Assembly (NCBI GenBank): GCA_000320545.1 | Contig: ADNK01000205.1 | Location: forward strand, 1-33,737 | Direction: 5' to 3' | Source of the DNA: Bigelowiella natans CCMP2755 | Lineage: Eukaryota; Protista; Cercozoa | Length of the DNA stretch: 33,737 nucleotides | Notes under the pieces: generated by a model | The model's input: only the letters and a program-made list of their open reading frames with translations | The model's database searches: none | What the model was told of the DNA's origin: nothing | Part shown: positions 33,551-33,737 of the stretch, piece after piece | Layout of the letters: the number at the start of each line of letters is the position of its first letter | How positions within the stretch are numbered: the stretch's first letter is position 1 | Made by a program: the position numbers and the translations under genes

Positions 33551-33737
33551 CCGTGTTCGGAGACTGTGCGAGATGCAAACAAAGCAACATCAATTGCCAT
33601 CTCAACGCGCGGGAGTGGTGGTGGTGGCAAGGAATGACACTAGGCGAGAGGCAGAGAGCGCATTGCAAGCCAACAGTGTTTGACTGTATTCTTGAGCTAT
33701 GTTCCAATAGCACTCTTTCCCCTCATCATACCGCGAT

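Noticed and set aside
1-33737. Prokaryotic-type system (operon, CRISPR array, phage-defence island)
   Set aside because: Genes have spliceosomal introns and eukaryotic families. No repeat-spacer array, rRNA or tRNA was seen.

Overview
Eukaryotic genomic DNA with spliceosomal GT-AG introns and many microsatellites. It is probably from a protist; the malic-enzyme leader would fit an alga with a complex plastid such as a chlorarachniophyte, but that is inference. Genes, left to right: (1) 3' part of a Piezo mechanosensitive channel with tandem Tudor-like domains and a C-terminal ubiquitin-like domain; (2) NADP-type malic enzyme with a hydrophobic N-terminal leader; (3) Cys-less pentameric ligand-gated ion channel with an N-terminal SAM domain and no signal peptide; (4) decayed Crinkler-like fragment; (5) uncharacterised multi-exon gene; (6) small, apparently interrupted gene; (7) 15-exon gene fusing DEP, F-BAR and SH3 domains to an intact PTEN phosphatase-C2 module; (8) JmjC dioxygenase; (9) 3' exons of another unknown gene. 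The strongest non-gene signal is three intergenic/repeat tracts (about 15060-16620, 20280-21035, 28200-29340) where TpA is almost absent and TpG/CpA are abundant. The few surviving TpA are mostly in CTAG or read TAG on one strand, and CpG is retained. Copies of a dispersed repeat differ by reciprocal TG/CA swaps. This suggests a repeat-targeted A-to-G hypermutation system acting at TA(not G), analogous to fungal RIP but with different chemistry. All counts are manual and need recomputing.
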